Part shown: positions 9,388 to 18,087 of the stretch, piece after piece
Position numbering within the stretch: the stretch's first letter is position 1
Layout of the letters: the number at the start of each line of letters is the position of its first letter
DNA from: Planctomycetota bacterium
GTDB lineage: Bacteria; Planctomycetota; B15-G4
DNA: 44,988 bases
Assembly (NCBI GenBank): GCA_038212275.1
Contig: JBBQUR010000028.1
Location: forward strand, 1-44,988
Direction of reading: 5' to 3'
Translations under genes and position numbers: made by a program
Notes under the pieces: model-generated
Told to the model about the DNA's origin: nothing
The model's database searches: none
What the model saw: only the letters and a program-made list of their open reading frames with translations

Positions 9388-9603
9388 CAGTTTCCGATCG
9401 AAGACCACCATGTGCTCACGGTGAGCCACGTGCCGCAGCCGAGAGGCGTCACGCTCGCGGACATCGACCTCGATGGCCGACAGGACGTCGTCGTGGCGGA
9501 GTTCCAGAACTTCGATGCCACGCGCACGCTCTTCAATCGCGCCTATGGTCCGGGCTCGCCCTTCGTCGATCTGGGAGCAGCGCTGGCCGGCAGCAACGGG
9601 CAG
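9388..9603 (+). pseudogene. Remnant: last FG-GAP repeat plus start of the PFKGG C-terminal module
   Basis: LADIDLDGRQDVVVA...PFVDLGAALAGSNG, cut off just before the convergent kinase gene end. Confidence 0.7.
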
Positions 9604-9619
9604 GCGCGTTCGCGCCCGC

Positions 9620-12112
9620 TCAGTTGCGGAGCGCCTGCAATCGGGCCAGATCGTCCGCCGCCTGGCGGGTGTTCGGATGATCGGGACCCATCGTCTCGAG
9701 CAGCATGTCGTGCGCCTCGATCAGCAGCGGTTCGGCCTCGTCGTAACGCTCCAGCGTGACGAGGCATCGGCCGAGGTCGTCAAGGAAGGTGCCGGTGACG
9801 ATGTGGCGCGCGCCCCAGATGGTGGCGGCGCTCGCCGCCGCCTCGCGCAGCAGTGGCTCGGCCTCGACGGCTCGACCACACTGCGTGAGCGTGACGCCCA
9901 GATTGTGTTTCGCCGCCACGGTGTCGCGATGCGCGGGACCGTGCAGGCGCAGCGGCGTCGCGAGCAGCTCCGTCTGCAGCGCGATGCACTCGTCCACGGC
10001 GCCCCTGTACAACAGCAGGCGCGCGAGGCGGCTCGCCGTGGACGACGTGCGGGGGTGATCCGGTCCGAGCGTGCGGCGGCAGGCTTGCAGCGTGGTCCGC
10101 AACAGAGCTTCGGCCTCGTCGTCCCGGCCGAGCTGGCGCAACACGTCGGCGAGCCCGTTGGCGCAGTTCAGGGCCGTCGGATGGTCGGGCCTTCCGGCGG
10201 CTTTCAGTGTCTCGATCACGCTCCGGTACAGCGGCTCGGCTTCGGCGGGCCGGTTGTCGATGATCAGCACGTCGGCCAGGCGGTTGGTCGTCGACAGCGT
10301 CGCCTCGTCCCGCTCGCCGAGGATCTCGCGCTGCAGCGCCAGGGTCGGCCGCAGCAACGCCTCGGCCGCCTGCAGCTCGCCACGGTCGCCGAGCAGCCCG
10401 CCCAGTGACGACTGTGCGAGCAGCGTGTCCGGATCGCGCTCGCCGTGCAGCGCCGTGCGGCCGTCCACGACCTCGCGCAGCAGGTCGCCGGCCTCATCCA
10501 GGCGACCTTGCCGCTGCAGCACGCGAGCGAGGCGTTCCAGGGTGCCGAGCGTGTCCGGGGCGTCAGCCGGCAGGATGCTGCGGCGGATCGAGAGCGCACG
10601 CCGCAGGTGCTTCTCGGCGCTTTCGTGCAGGCCGAGCCCGAGATAGAGCCGGCCGCAGGTGTCCTGCAGCGACGCTTCGATCGCAGGCTCCGCGGCGAAC
10701 GACGCGGCCAGCCCGTTTGCAGCGACGTCGAGCAGGTCGGCGACGCGCACGTCGCGCCCCTGGGCCTCGGGCTCGGCCGCGAGCAGCATCGACTCGAAAA
10801 AGTCGTTGGTGGCGGCCGTGCGCGCCGACTCGCGTTGCACTTGCCCGAGGCGCTCCTCCGCGAGTTGCAGCGCCTGCGCCTGCCGCGCTTCGGCCTCGCG
10901 CGCGCGCACCAGCGCCAGGCCCACGGCGACGAGGCCGCCGACGAGCACGACGAGCACGGCGGCCGCGGCGCCGAGCGCGAGCCGGTGGCGGCGCACGAAG
11001 CGGCGCACCTGGTAGGCGGCGTCCGGCGCGCCTGCAAGCACGGGTTCGTCGCGCAGCAGCCTGCGCAGGTCCTCGGTGAACGCGGCCGCCGACGGGTAGC
11101 GGCGTTCCCGGTCCGGATCGGCGGCGCGCGCGATGACCCACTCGAGGTCCATCGAAAGCTCGGGACGAAGGGCGCGCGCCGAGGGCGGGCCGGCATCGCG
11201 CAGCCACTCGGCCGCGCGAGCGGGCGCCAGACCCTCGAGCTCGTGCGGTGGGCGGCCGCAACAGAGTTCGTGCAGGATCACGCCGAGCGCGTAGACGTCC
11301 GAGCGGACGTCCACGAGATCCGGCGCACCGAGCAGTTGCTCCGGGCTCATGTACTGCAGGGTCCCGAGCAGCTCGCCCGCCGAAGTGACCGGCGGGCCGC
11401 CCGCCGCCAGGCGCGCGATGCCGAAGTCGATGAGGCGCGGGCGACCGGCTGCATCGAGCAGGATGTTTTCCGGCTTGAGGTCGCGGTGGATGACGCCGTG
11501 CTCGTGGCTGTGCTGCACGCCCTCGCAGACGGCGAGGAACAACTCCAGGCGGGCGCGCAGGTCGAGGCCGCGCTCGTCGGCGGCCGTGGTCAGCGGCTGT
11601 CCGCCCTCGACCAGCTCCATCGCGAAATAGGGCACGCGCTCGCCGACGCCGTCGCGCACGAAGCCCGCGCCGAAGACCTTCGCGATCGACGGATGGCGGA
11701 GCTGTCCGAGGATTTCGGCCTCCACCTGGAAACGCCGTGCCGCGGACGCGCTCATCCCCAGGCGCAGCATCTTCAGCGCGACGGTGCGGCGCGGTTGCTG
11801 CTGCTCCGCCTCGTAGACAGTGCCCATGCCGCCGTGCGCGAGCACGCGGCGCAGCTCGTAGTCGCCGATGCGCACGCCGGCGACGGAGCCGCCGAGCCGC
11901 GCATTGAGCGCGAGCCAGCTCGCGTCCGGGCCCGCGTCGAGCAGCGCATTCACCGCGTCGGAGGAATCGTCGGCGGCGAGCAGCGCTTCGACCTCGCCGC
12001 GTCGCCGCCCGTCGTCGCAGGCAGCGTCGAGGAACGCGGCGCGCTCATCCACCGGCAGCATCACCGCCTCCTCGAAGAGCCGGCGCACGTCGGGCCAGTC
12101 GAGGTCGCTCAC
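9620..12112 (-). CDS. Ser/Thr protein kinase with TM segment and TPR repeats
   Basis: LAHGGMGTVY, VALK, HRDLKPEN, DFG, GTLQYMSPEQ; TM helix; LGxDHPxT-type TPRs. GTG start overlaps the sigma stop (GTGA). Confidence 0.95.
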   Translation of the reverse strand: MSDLDWPDVRRLFEEAVMLPVDERAAFLDAACDDGRRRGEVEALLAADDSSDAVNALLDAGPDASWLALNARLGGSVAGVRIGDYELRRVLAHGGMGTVYEAEQQQPRRTVALKMLRLGMSASAARRFQVEAEILGQLRHPSIAKVFGAGFVRDGVGERVPYFAMELVEGGQPLTTAADERGLDLRARLELFLAVCEGVQHSHEHGVIHRDLKPENILLDAAGRPRLIDFGIARLAAGGPPVTSAGELLGTLQYMSPEQLLGAPDLVDVRSDVYALGVILHELCCGRPPHELEGLAPARAAEWLRDAGPPSARALRPELSMDLEWVIARAADPDRERRYPSAAAFTEDLRRLLRDEPVLAGAPDAAYQVRRFVRRHRLALGAAAAVLVVLVGGLVAVGLALVRAREAEARQAQALQLAEERLGQVQRESARTAATNDFFESMLLAAEPEAQGRDVRVADLLDVAANGLAASFAAEPAIEASLQDTCGRLYLGLGLHESAEKHLRRALSIRRSILPADAPDTLGTLERLARVLQRQGRLDEAGDLLREVVDGRTALHGERDPDTLLAQSSLGGLLGDRGELQAAEALLRPTLALQREILGERDEATLSTTNRLADVLIIDNRPAEAEPLYRSVIETLKAAGRPDHPTALNCANGLADVLRQLGRDDEAEALLRTTLQACRRTLGPDHPRTSSTASRLARLLLYRGAVDECIALQTELLATPLRLHGPAHRDTVAAKHNLGVTLTQCGRAVEAEPLLREAAASAATIWGARHIVTGTFLDDLGRCLVTLERYDEAEPLLIEAHDMLLETMGPDHPNTRQAADDLARLQALRN

Positions 12113-12723
12113 GGCGCGCCCGGGCCGCGATGGGGCGGGTCGTCGTCGCGCGGCGGCAACGACTGGAAGCCGATCGCGTCGTGCAGCCAGGCGCGTGCCG
12201 TGCGCCAGCCCCGTTCCACCGTGCGCGAGGACACGCCGAGCACGGCGCCTATTTCATCGGACGTGAGTTGGCCGAAAAAGCGCAGCTCCACGATGCGCGC
12301 GAGCTGCGCGTCGAGCGCGGCGAGGCGCTCGAGCGACTCGTCGAGCGCCAGCAGGTGCCGCGACCGCTCCGCGACGAGGAGCGCGTCGTCGCCGAGCGTC
12401 ACGCGGTGCAGCCTGCCGCCGCGCTTCTCGGCGCCGAGGGCCCGGGCCTCGTCGACGACCACCGAGCGCATCGCCCGCGCGGCGAGTCCGAAGAAGTGCG
12501 AGCGGCTCTCGTAGCGGCGTGCGGAGGGCGCCACCAGCTTGAGGAAGGCCTCGTGCACGAGCGCGGTGGGCTGCAGCAGGCGCGGCCCCGACCGCTGCGC
12601 GAGGCAACGCTCCGCGATCCGGTGCATCTCGGCATAGAGCAGCGGGAACAGCTCGTTGCCCGCGCTCGCATCGCCGTCGCTCCAGCGCTGCAGCAGGACC
12701 GTGGTGCGGGAGGTGGCGCTCAT
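12109..12723 (-). CDS. ECF-type sigma factor, TIGR02999/ECF43-like
   Basis: LQPTALVHEAFLKL, HFFGLAARAMR, KRGG, IVELRFF, RTVERGW; translationally coupled to the kinase. Confidence 0.92.
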   Translation of the reverse strand: MSATSRTTVLLQRWSDGDASAGNELFPLLYAEMHRIAERCLAQRSGPRLLQPTALVHEAFLKLVAPSARRYESRSHFFGLAARAMRSVVVDEARALGAEKRGGRLHRVTLGDDALLVAERSRHLLALDESLERLAALDAQLARIVELRFFGQLTSDEIGAVLGVSSRTVERGWRTARAWLHDAIGFQSLPPRDDDPPHRGPGAP

Positions 12724-12895
12724 CGTGCGCCCGCATTCTTGGGCCACGCGCCGGGTCTGGCAAGGAGTCTTTGCGGCGATGCCGCGCCTTCGAAGGCGCC
12801 GACGAGGCCGGCTTCAGCGCGCCGGCTCCGTGACGCTCTCGCGCGGAGCCGTGGCGCTGGCGTCCGCGGCGACGAGCCACGGCGTCCTGCGTGTC

Positions 12896-14215
12896 CTAGC
12901 GTCCGCCGGTCAGCGCCGTGCTCCGTTGCATCGCGTCGATGAAGAAGAACGCGTCGCCGACGTCGGCCCACGGGCCTTCGCAGGCCATGAAACCGAAGGG
13001 GGCCGCCGTCATGGGCGCCCGGGGGAAGGCGCCGCGCTCCGGATCGCTGCTGCGCAGATCGACAAACAGGTACGGCGCCCCGTTGCGGTGGCAGAGTTCC
13101 TCGAAGGATCCCTCGGCCGCCGGCCCGATGGGGAAGACCTGGCTTCCACCTGCCGTGCACGATTCGCCCGCATAGGTGGTGAACATCACCGTGTACAGCG
13201 CGCTGCCCAGCGCCGCGTGCACGACGTTGCCCATCACGACCATGTCCTTGTAGATGTCGGGAGCCTCCGGCGGACCCACGAGGTGCAGGTCGTGGCAGAG
13301 GTGTCGCGCGGCGCCCCAGACGATGAGCTTGCGCCCGCGGTAGCGCTCGTTCGCGAGCCACACGAGGTTCTCGCCCATCGCCTGGTCGCGCAGGTTGCTG
13401 CTTTCGAGCATCTCGTTGGCGAGCATGTGGGCGCGCAGCGCGACGGCCTGCTTCCAGCCTTCCAGAGTGCGCTGGGCGAAGCGGAGCGCGCGCTGGTCGC
13501 CGTCGTCGGCGCGGAGCGCCGCCGCGAGGGCGGCTTCGATCGGCGCGGCCGCGCTCTCCGCCACGGCGGTGGTCGTCTCGTCACCCGTGCCCGGCTGCCT
13601 CGTCAACCCGGCATCGGCCGCACGGAAGGCCTCGAGTTCCTCGGGAGCGAGTCGGTCCTCCCCGACCTGCGCGATGAGCCAACTCGCGTACTCCTTCCCC
13701 GCCGAGCCGGACGGCTGGATGTCGAAACCGGCGAACTCCAGCGGGTGCCCGTCATGAGCCGCGGCCTGGGCGAGCTCGAAGACGGGCTGGCACTCGACGC
13801 TGTTCGCCCACAGCGGAAACAGGCCAAGGCGCGCGATGGCGTCGGGATCCTGATCCGAGCTCAGGGCTTCGTTCATCTGCGCGCAGGCGAACATGCCGGA
13901 CTCGAAGGCCAGCACGTCGAAGCCGCACTTCGCGTGCAGGAAGCGGATCAGCCGGGCACGCGCGCGAAACGTGGAACCGTCGCCGTGCGAGATCTCTCCG
14001 AGCTGCACGACGCGGGCGTCGCCGATCGCCGCGGCGATCGGCGCGAGGTCCGCGAAGTCGTCGGCGTCGCCCGAGTCGATCGTCTGCACCACGACCGCGT
14101 GGGCCTTCAGCCAGTCGGTTCCCGCAGCCGGCAAGGACTGGGGCGGGAGGAGCAGCGCGAGTGGATCGAGCGGTGCGAGCAGCATGAGCCAGATGAGCCA
14201 GGCGTTCGTGTTCAT
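12896..14215 (-). CDS. Secreted erythromycin esterase (EreA/B-like) family protein
   Basis: [34 protein letters not shown] and [10 protein letters not shown] motifs; hydrophobic leader. Confidence 0.85.
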   Translation of the reverse strand: MNTNAWLIWLMLLAPLDPLALLLPPQSLPAAGTDWLKAHAVVVQTIDSGDADDFADLAPIAAAIGDARVVQLGEISHGDGSTFRARARLIRFLHAKCGFDVLAFESGMFACAQMNEALSSDQDPDAIARLGLFPLWANSVECQPVFELAQAAAHDGHPLEFAGFDIQPSGSAGKEYASWLIAQVGEDRLAPEELEAFRAADAGLTRQPGTGDETTTAVAESAAAPIEAALAAALRADDGDQRALRFAQRTLEGWKQAVALRAHMLANEMLESSNLRDQAMGENLVWLANERYRGRKLIVWGAARHLCHDLHLVGPPEAPDIYKDMVVMGNVVHAALGSALYTVMFTTYAGESCTAGGSQVFPIGPAAEGSFEELCHRNGAPYLFVDLRSSDPERGAFPRAPMTAAPFGFMACEGPWADVGDAFFFIDAMQRSTALTGGR

Positions 14216-14222
14216 GCCTCGC

Positions 14223-14254
14223 AGGCTACGAGGAACTCATCGCAGAGTTGTCGC
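14223..14254 (-). promoter_or_regulatory. Putative OmpR-type box plus -10 element; probably leaderless transcript
   Basis: GCGACA-N5-GCGATG-N9-TAGCCT-N7-ATG on the minus strand; same layout as 16412-16444. Confidence 0.5.
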
Positions 14255-14272
14255 AGCCGCGTCGCGTTTCGA

Positions 14273-14349
14273 TGACGCGTGACGCGTGACGCGTGGCGCG
14301 TGGCGCGTGGCGCGTGGCGCGTGGCGCGTGGCGCGTGGCGCGTGGCGCG
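14273..14349 (+). repeat. 7-bp tandem repeat (TGACGCG)x3 (TGGCGCG)x8
   Basis: Eleven contiguous units between the His kinase stop and the esterase promoter. Confidence 0.95.
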
Positions 14350-14354
14350 CCGGC

Positions 14355-15665
14355 TCAGGCCCCGCCCAGGACGATCGTGAAGCGCGTGCCGCGCCCCGGG
14401 GAGGAGTCGACGTCGATCGTCCCGCCCATGCGCTCGGTCAGCTCGCGCGCGAGCGCGAGGCCGAGGCCGAGCCCGCCGTCCCGGCTGAATCCGGGCTCGA
14501 ACACGTGCGCGAGGGTTTCGCGATCGATGCCGCCACCGGTGTCCTCGACGCTCACGAGGGTCCGGCCGGAGCGGGTCGAGACCTGCAGGCGCACGAGGCC
14601 TCCCGGGTCGACGTGGCGCAGCGCGTTCTGCAGCAGGTTGGCCAGCACCTGCTCGAAGCGCAGCCGGTCGAGCCGGTGGGTCGGCGGCGCGCCGGGGTCG
14701 GCGTGAGAGACGAGCGCCACGTCGTACTGCGCCGCGAGGTGTGCATGGGCCCTCGCCACCACATCGACCGAATGCGCGACGTCGACGTCCTCGATCCGCA
14801 GTTGCAGGCCGTGAATCTCGGCGCGCGCGAGCTCGCCCAGATCACCGACGAGATGCGTCAGACGAGCCACGCCGTCGTCGAGCACCTCCACCTCGGGCAG
14901 GCGGGGGCCGCGCGCGCGCAAGCCGTCGACGGCGGCGCGCAGGGCGGTGAGCGGATTCTTCAGCTCGTGCGAGACGCGCCCGAACAGGTCGCGGCGCGCG
15001 TTCGCCATCGCCTCGATCGCCACGAGCTGCTCGACGCGCCGCGCCATGCCCCGCGCCGCGAGCCAGGACAGCAGCAGCGCCGGGGGCATCACCATCGGCA
15101 GCGCAAGCGCCGCGAGGCCCCCGACCACGACGACGATCGGCAGCACTCCTGCCACGATGCGCACGGCGAGCTGCGCGTCGCCGGGCAGGCCGGCCGTCAA
15201 GCTGCGCATGTACCCGGAATCCAGCTGAAAGATCGCGTGGACCAGCAGGGCCAGGCCCGCGAGCGTCGCGACCACCACGAGGTGCGCGTGCGTCAGCGAC
15301 CAGATCAGTGAACGCTCGCGCAGGCGCCCCCAGGCACGCAGGGCGCGAGAGGCGCCGAGAGCGGCGCACTCGCCCGCAAGCACCACGAAGGAGAGGCCCG
15401 GCAGGTCGCCGGCCCAATCGCCGAACGCAGCGCGCTCGACGAGCAGCGGCACGACGCAGACGAAGGCACCGCCGAGCAGGGCGGCCCGGAATGGCGCAGC
15501 ACGCAGATGAATCCCGAGCCAGGCGCCCGCGAAGAGCGAGGACAGCACGACGCCCTGCATGCGCAGCGTGGCGGGCAGGGCGTCCAGCGAGGCGAGCCAT
15601 GCCTGGAAGGCGGCGAGCGTCACGGCGGTCCCGATGCACGCGCGCGCCGTCCGGGCGCCGCTCAT
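14355..15665 (-). CDS. Membrane-bound sensor histidine kinase
   Basis: Multiple TM helices; SHELKNPL H-box, NLLQNALRH N-box, DTGGGI, GLGLGL; ATGA overlap with the regulator. Confidence 0.92.
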   Translation of the reverse strand: MSGARTARACIGTAVTLAAFQAWLASLDALPATLRMQGVVLSSLFAGAWLGIHLRAAPFRAALLGGAFVCVVPLLVERAAFGDWAGDLPGLSFVVLAGECAALGASRALRAWGRLRERSLIWSLTHAHLVVVATLAGLALLVHAIFQLDSGYMRSLTAGLPGDAQLAVRIVAGVLPIVVVVGGLAALALPMVMPPALLLSWLAARGMARRVEQLVAIEAMANARRDLFGRVSHELKNPLTALRAAVDGLRARGPRLPEVEVLDDGVARLTHLVGDLGELARAEIHGLQLRIEDVDVAHSVDVVARAHAHLAAQYDVALVSHADPGAPPTHRLDRLRFEQVLANLLQNALRHVDPGGLVRLQVSTRSGRTLVSVEDTGGGIDRETLAHVFEPGFSRDGGLGLGLALARELTERMGGTIDVDSSPGRGTRFTIVLGGA

Positions 15666-16351
15666 GCCGGTGCCCGTGCCCAGCGGTAGCCGACGCCGAA
15701 GACCGTCTCGAGGCGCGGGCCGCAGCGCCCCAGCTTCCGCCGCAGGCGCACGACCATGTGGTCGATGGCGCGTTCAGTCCCCGCGTAGTCGTGCCCGCGC
15801 AGCCGCTCGACGAGGAAGCCGCGATGGAACGCGCGGTCGGGGTGCGTGGCCAGCAGGTCGAGCAGCGCGAACTCGCCCTTCGTCAGGGCGACGTCCGCCT
15901 GCGCCACGCGGACGCGGAGCGCCGTGCGATCCAGCTCGAGCAGGCCGTCGGTCAGCGTCGGCGGCGCAGCGGGCGGCGCCGCCTCGATCGATGCGCGCCG
16001 CTGCAGTGCCTTGAGCCGCGCAAGCAGTTCCCGGCGCGCGAACGGCTTGACGAGATAGTCGTCGGCGCCGAGTTCGAGCCCGACGAGCTTGTCCTCGAGC
16101 CCGTCGCGCGCCGTCAGCATCAGCACGGGCGTCGTCGCGTGCTGCCGGATCCGGCGCAACACGTCGAGGCCGTCAAGCGAGCCGCGCAGGCCCCAGTCGA
16201 GGATCACGAGGTCCGGCGGCGAGTGCGCGAACTGCGCCAGGGCCGAGCTGCCGTCGCCGGCCGTCGTCACCGTGTAGTGCTCGGACTCCAGCTCCCGCCG
16301 CAACTGCCGGACGAGACCTCCGTCATCATCGACGAGCAGCACGCGATGCAT
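15662..16351 (-). CDS. OmpR/PhoB-family response regulator
   Basis: LLVDDD, LVILD, GADDYLVKPF receiver; winged helix ending ETVFGVGY. Confidence 0.95.
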   Translation of the reverse strand: MHRVLLVDDDGGLVRQLRRELESEHYTVTTAGDGSSALAQFAHSPPDLVILDWGLRGSLDGLDVLRRIRQHATTPVLMLTARDGLEDKLVGLELGADDYLVKPFARRELLARLKALQRRASIEAAPPAAPPTLTDGLLELDRTALRVRVAQADVALTKGEFALLDLLATHPDRAFHRGFLVERLRGHDYAGTERAIDHMVVRLRRKLGRCGPRLETVFGVGYRWARAPA

Positions 16352-16411
16352 GGAAGCCCTCCCGACTCAGGTGCCGGCGCGCGTCCCGGCCCGTGGCGTC
16401 GACACGCCGTG

Positions 16412-16444
16412 AGAGTATCCCTCGCCCGATCGGCCTCCTGTCGC
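16412..16444 (-). promoter_or_regulatory. Putative autoregulatory OmpR-type box plus -10
   Basis: GCGACA-N5-CCGATC-N10-TACTCT upstream of the regulator. Confidence 0.45.
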
Positions 16445-16600
16445 GCCTGATGGCCCGTGTGTGGCACGCAGCGCCGTGCCGCCGAACACGCGCCGGACTG
16501 GCTGGGCGTCGCGGGCGACGGCGGCGGCGGGCCCGCGCTCGACTTCGCGGGCGCGATGGCCTTCGGGCCCACGCCGATCGGCCGCTGACGCCGGGGAACG

Positions 16601-16676
16601 GATCGCGAAGCTCGGTGTCGGCCACCGAGCCCGGATTGCGTGATGGAGGGTGGTGGCTTCGTGCCTCGCGCCTGCC
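16601..16676 (+). promoter_or_regulatory. Conserved 76-bp upstream element, copy 2
   Basis: 67/76 identical to 2380-2455; TGTCGG at 16616 and CGT at 16639. Confidence 0.7.
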
Positions 16677-16726
16677 CGTCTTCCAGGCAGACGGACCCTG
16701 TGCTCCCCGATCCCGGAAGCAACCCG

Positions 16727-18016
16727 ATGATGTCCCTCCGTTCGTTCCTCCTTGCCGCGCTCGCCGTCGTCCTGCCTGCGAGCGCAGCCGGCGCCCAGGG
16801 TGCCGTGCATGTCGTCGACTTCAATGATCCCGGCGCCTTTCCCGACATCGCCTCGGCCGTCGCGGCCGCCGCGGACGGTGACGTGATTCTCGTGCGCACG
16901 CTCGCCATCAATGCCCAGTTCACGGTCGACGGAAAGTCGCTGCTGATCGCGGCCGATGAGGGCTTCGCTCCCTTCGCGATCACGGCCTTCGCCATGAACA
17001 ACCACCACCTGGACGTGCAGCCCGGCGAGCACACCGTCATCAAGAATCTCGCGGCGGGCCAGCGCGTCGTGCTGCGCGGCGTGTCCTTCGGCGGGCTGGA
17101 CGTGAGCCAGGTCGCGGGGCAGGTCTGGCTGGAGGATGCGAAAGTGAGCTTCACATCGCCCGCGATGCAGGCGACCAACTGCGCCAGCGTCGTGCTCCAC
17201 GACGTGCAGGTGCAGGGCCCGAACAATGTCTCGGACCAGAACTTCTTCCAGTCGGGCGGCGAAGCGCTGAAGCTGCAGTCCAGCGCGGCCGTGCTGCACG
17301 GCGTCACCGCGGACGGCGGGCAGGGGAACGACTACACATGCACGGTCTTCTCCTGCTCGAACAGCTCGGGCTTTCACGGCATCGCGCTCACCGGAGGCTC
17401 GCTGTGGCTCGCCGGATCCGAGGCGAGCGGCGGCAACGGAGGCGTGGGCGGCAAGGACGGCCTGAGCATCTGCTCACCGGGCGGAAGCGGCGGCGACGGC
17501 GTGCGCCTCTCCTCCGGTGCGCCGCAGGTCCAACTTCGTGACGTGACGACGTCCGGCGGCACGGCGGCCACCGGGCCGGCTCAGAGCACGTGCTTCCTCG
17601 GAATCGGCGGCGACGGCGTGCCCGGCCAAGCCGTCCACGTGCTCTCCGGAACCGCGCAGTCGCTGGACGGCACGGCCGTCACGCTGTCGGTGCCCTCACC
17701 GTTGCGCGAGCAGGAATTGCTCACGGTCACGCTGAGCGGGCCGCCCGGAACGCCGGCCATCCTCATCGCGTCGCCGGATTCCGGCGTGCTGACGATCGGC
17801 GCCGTGAGCGGGCCGCTGCTCACCGGCGTGCCGCTCCTCGTGGTGCCGCTCGGCGCTCTGCCGCCCAGCGGGTCGCTGACGCTGAAGGCGCGTGTGCCGG
17901 AACTCGGCGCCGCCGTGCAGGCCTTCTCCTGGACACTGCAGGCGATCACCATCGAAGGCGGCCAGCGCATCGCCGGCCCCGCGACCTCGCTGCTGCTGCT
18001 GGACGCCGCGCTCTAG
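16727..18016 (+). CDS. Secreted Gly-rich beta-helix-like protein with a divergent C-terminal module
   Basis: Signal peptide; FPDIASAVAAAADGDVILV is a pectin-lyase-like start; GGxGGxG repeats. Confidence 0.8.
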   Translation: MMSLRSFLLAALAVVLPASAAGAQGAVHVVDFNDPGAFPDIASAVAAAADGDVILVRTLAINAQFTVDGKSLLIAADEGFAPFAITAFAMNNHHLDVQPGEHTVIKNLAAGQRVVLRGVSFGGLDVSQVAGQVWLEDAKVSFTSPAMQATNCASVVLHDVQVQGPNNVSDQNFFQSGGEALKLQSSAAVLHGVTADGGQGNDYTCTVFSCSNSSGFHGIALTGGSLWLAGSEASGGNGGVGGKDGLSICSPGGSGGDGVRLSSGAPQVQLRDVTTSGGTAATGPAQSTCFLGIGGDGVPGQAVHVLSGTAQSLDGTAVTLSVPSPLREQELLTVTLSGPPGTPAILIASPDSGVLTIGAVSGPLLTGVPLLVVPLGALPPSGSLTLKARVPELGAAVQAFSWTLQAITIEGGQRIAGPATSLLLLDAAL

Positions 18017-18087
18017 TCCGGCGTCCGCGTGTAGCCGGCCGAAGCGCCGCGCGCCCGTTCCGCCCGTTTGCATGACGAGGACCATCG

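Noticed and set aside
12896..14215. Calling this a macrolide resistance gene (ereA/ereB)
   Set aside because: Only family-level motifs are visible, and many homologues lack macrolide activity.
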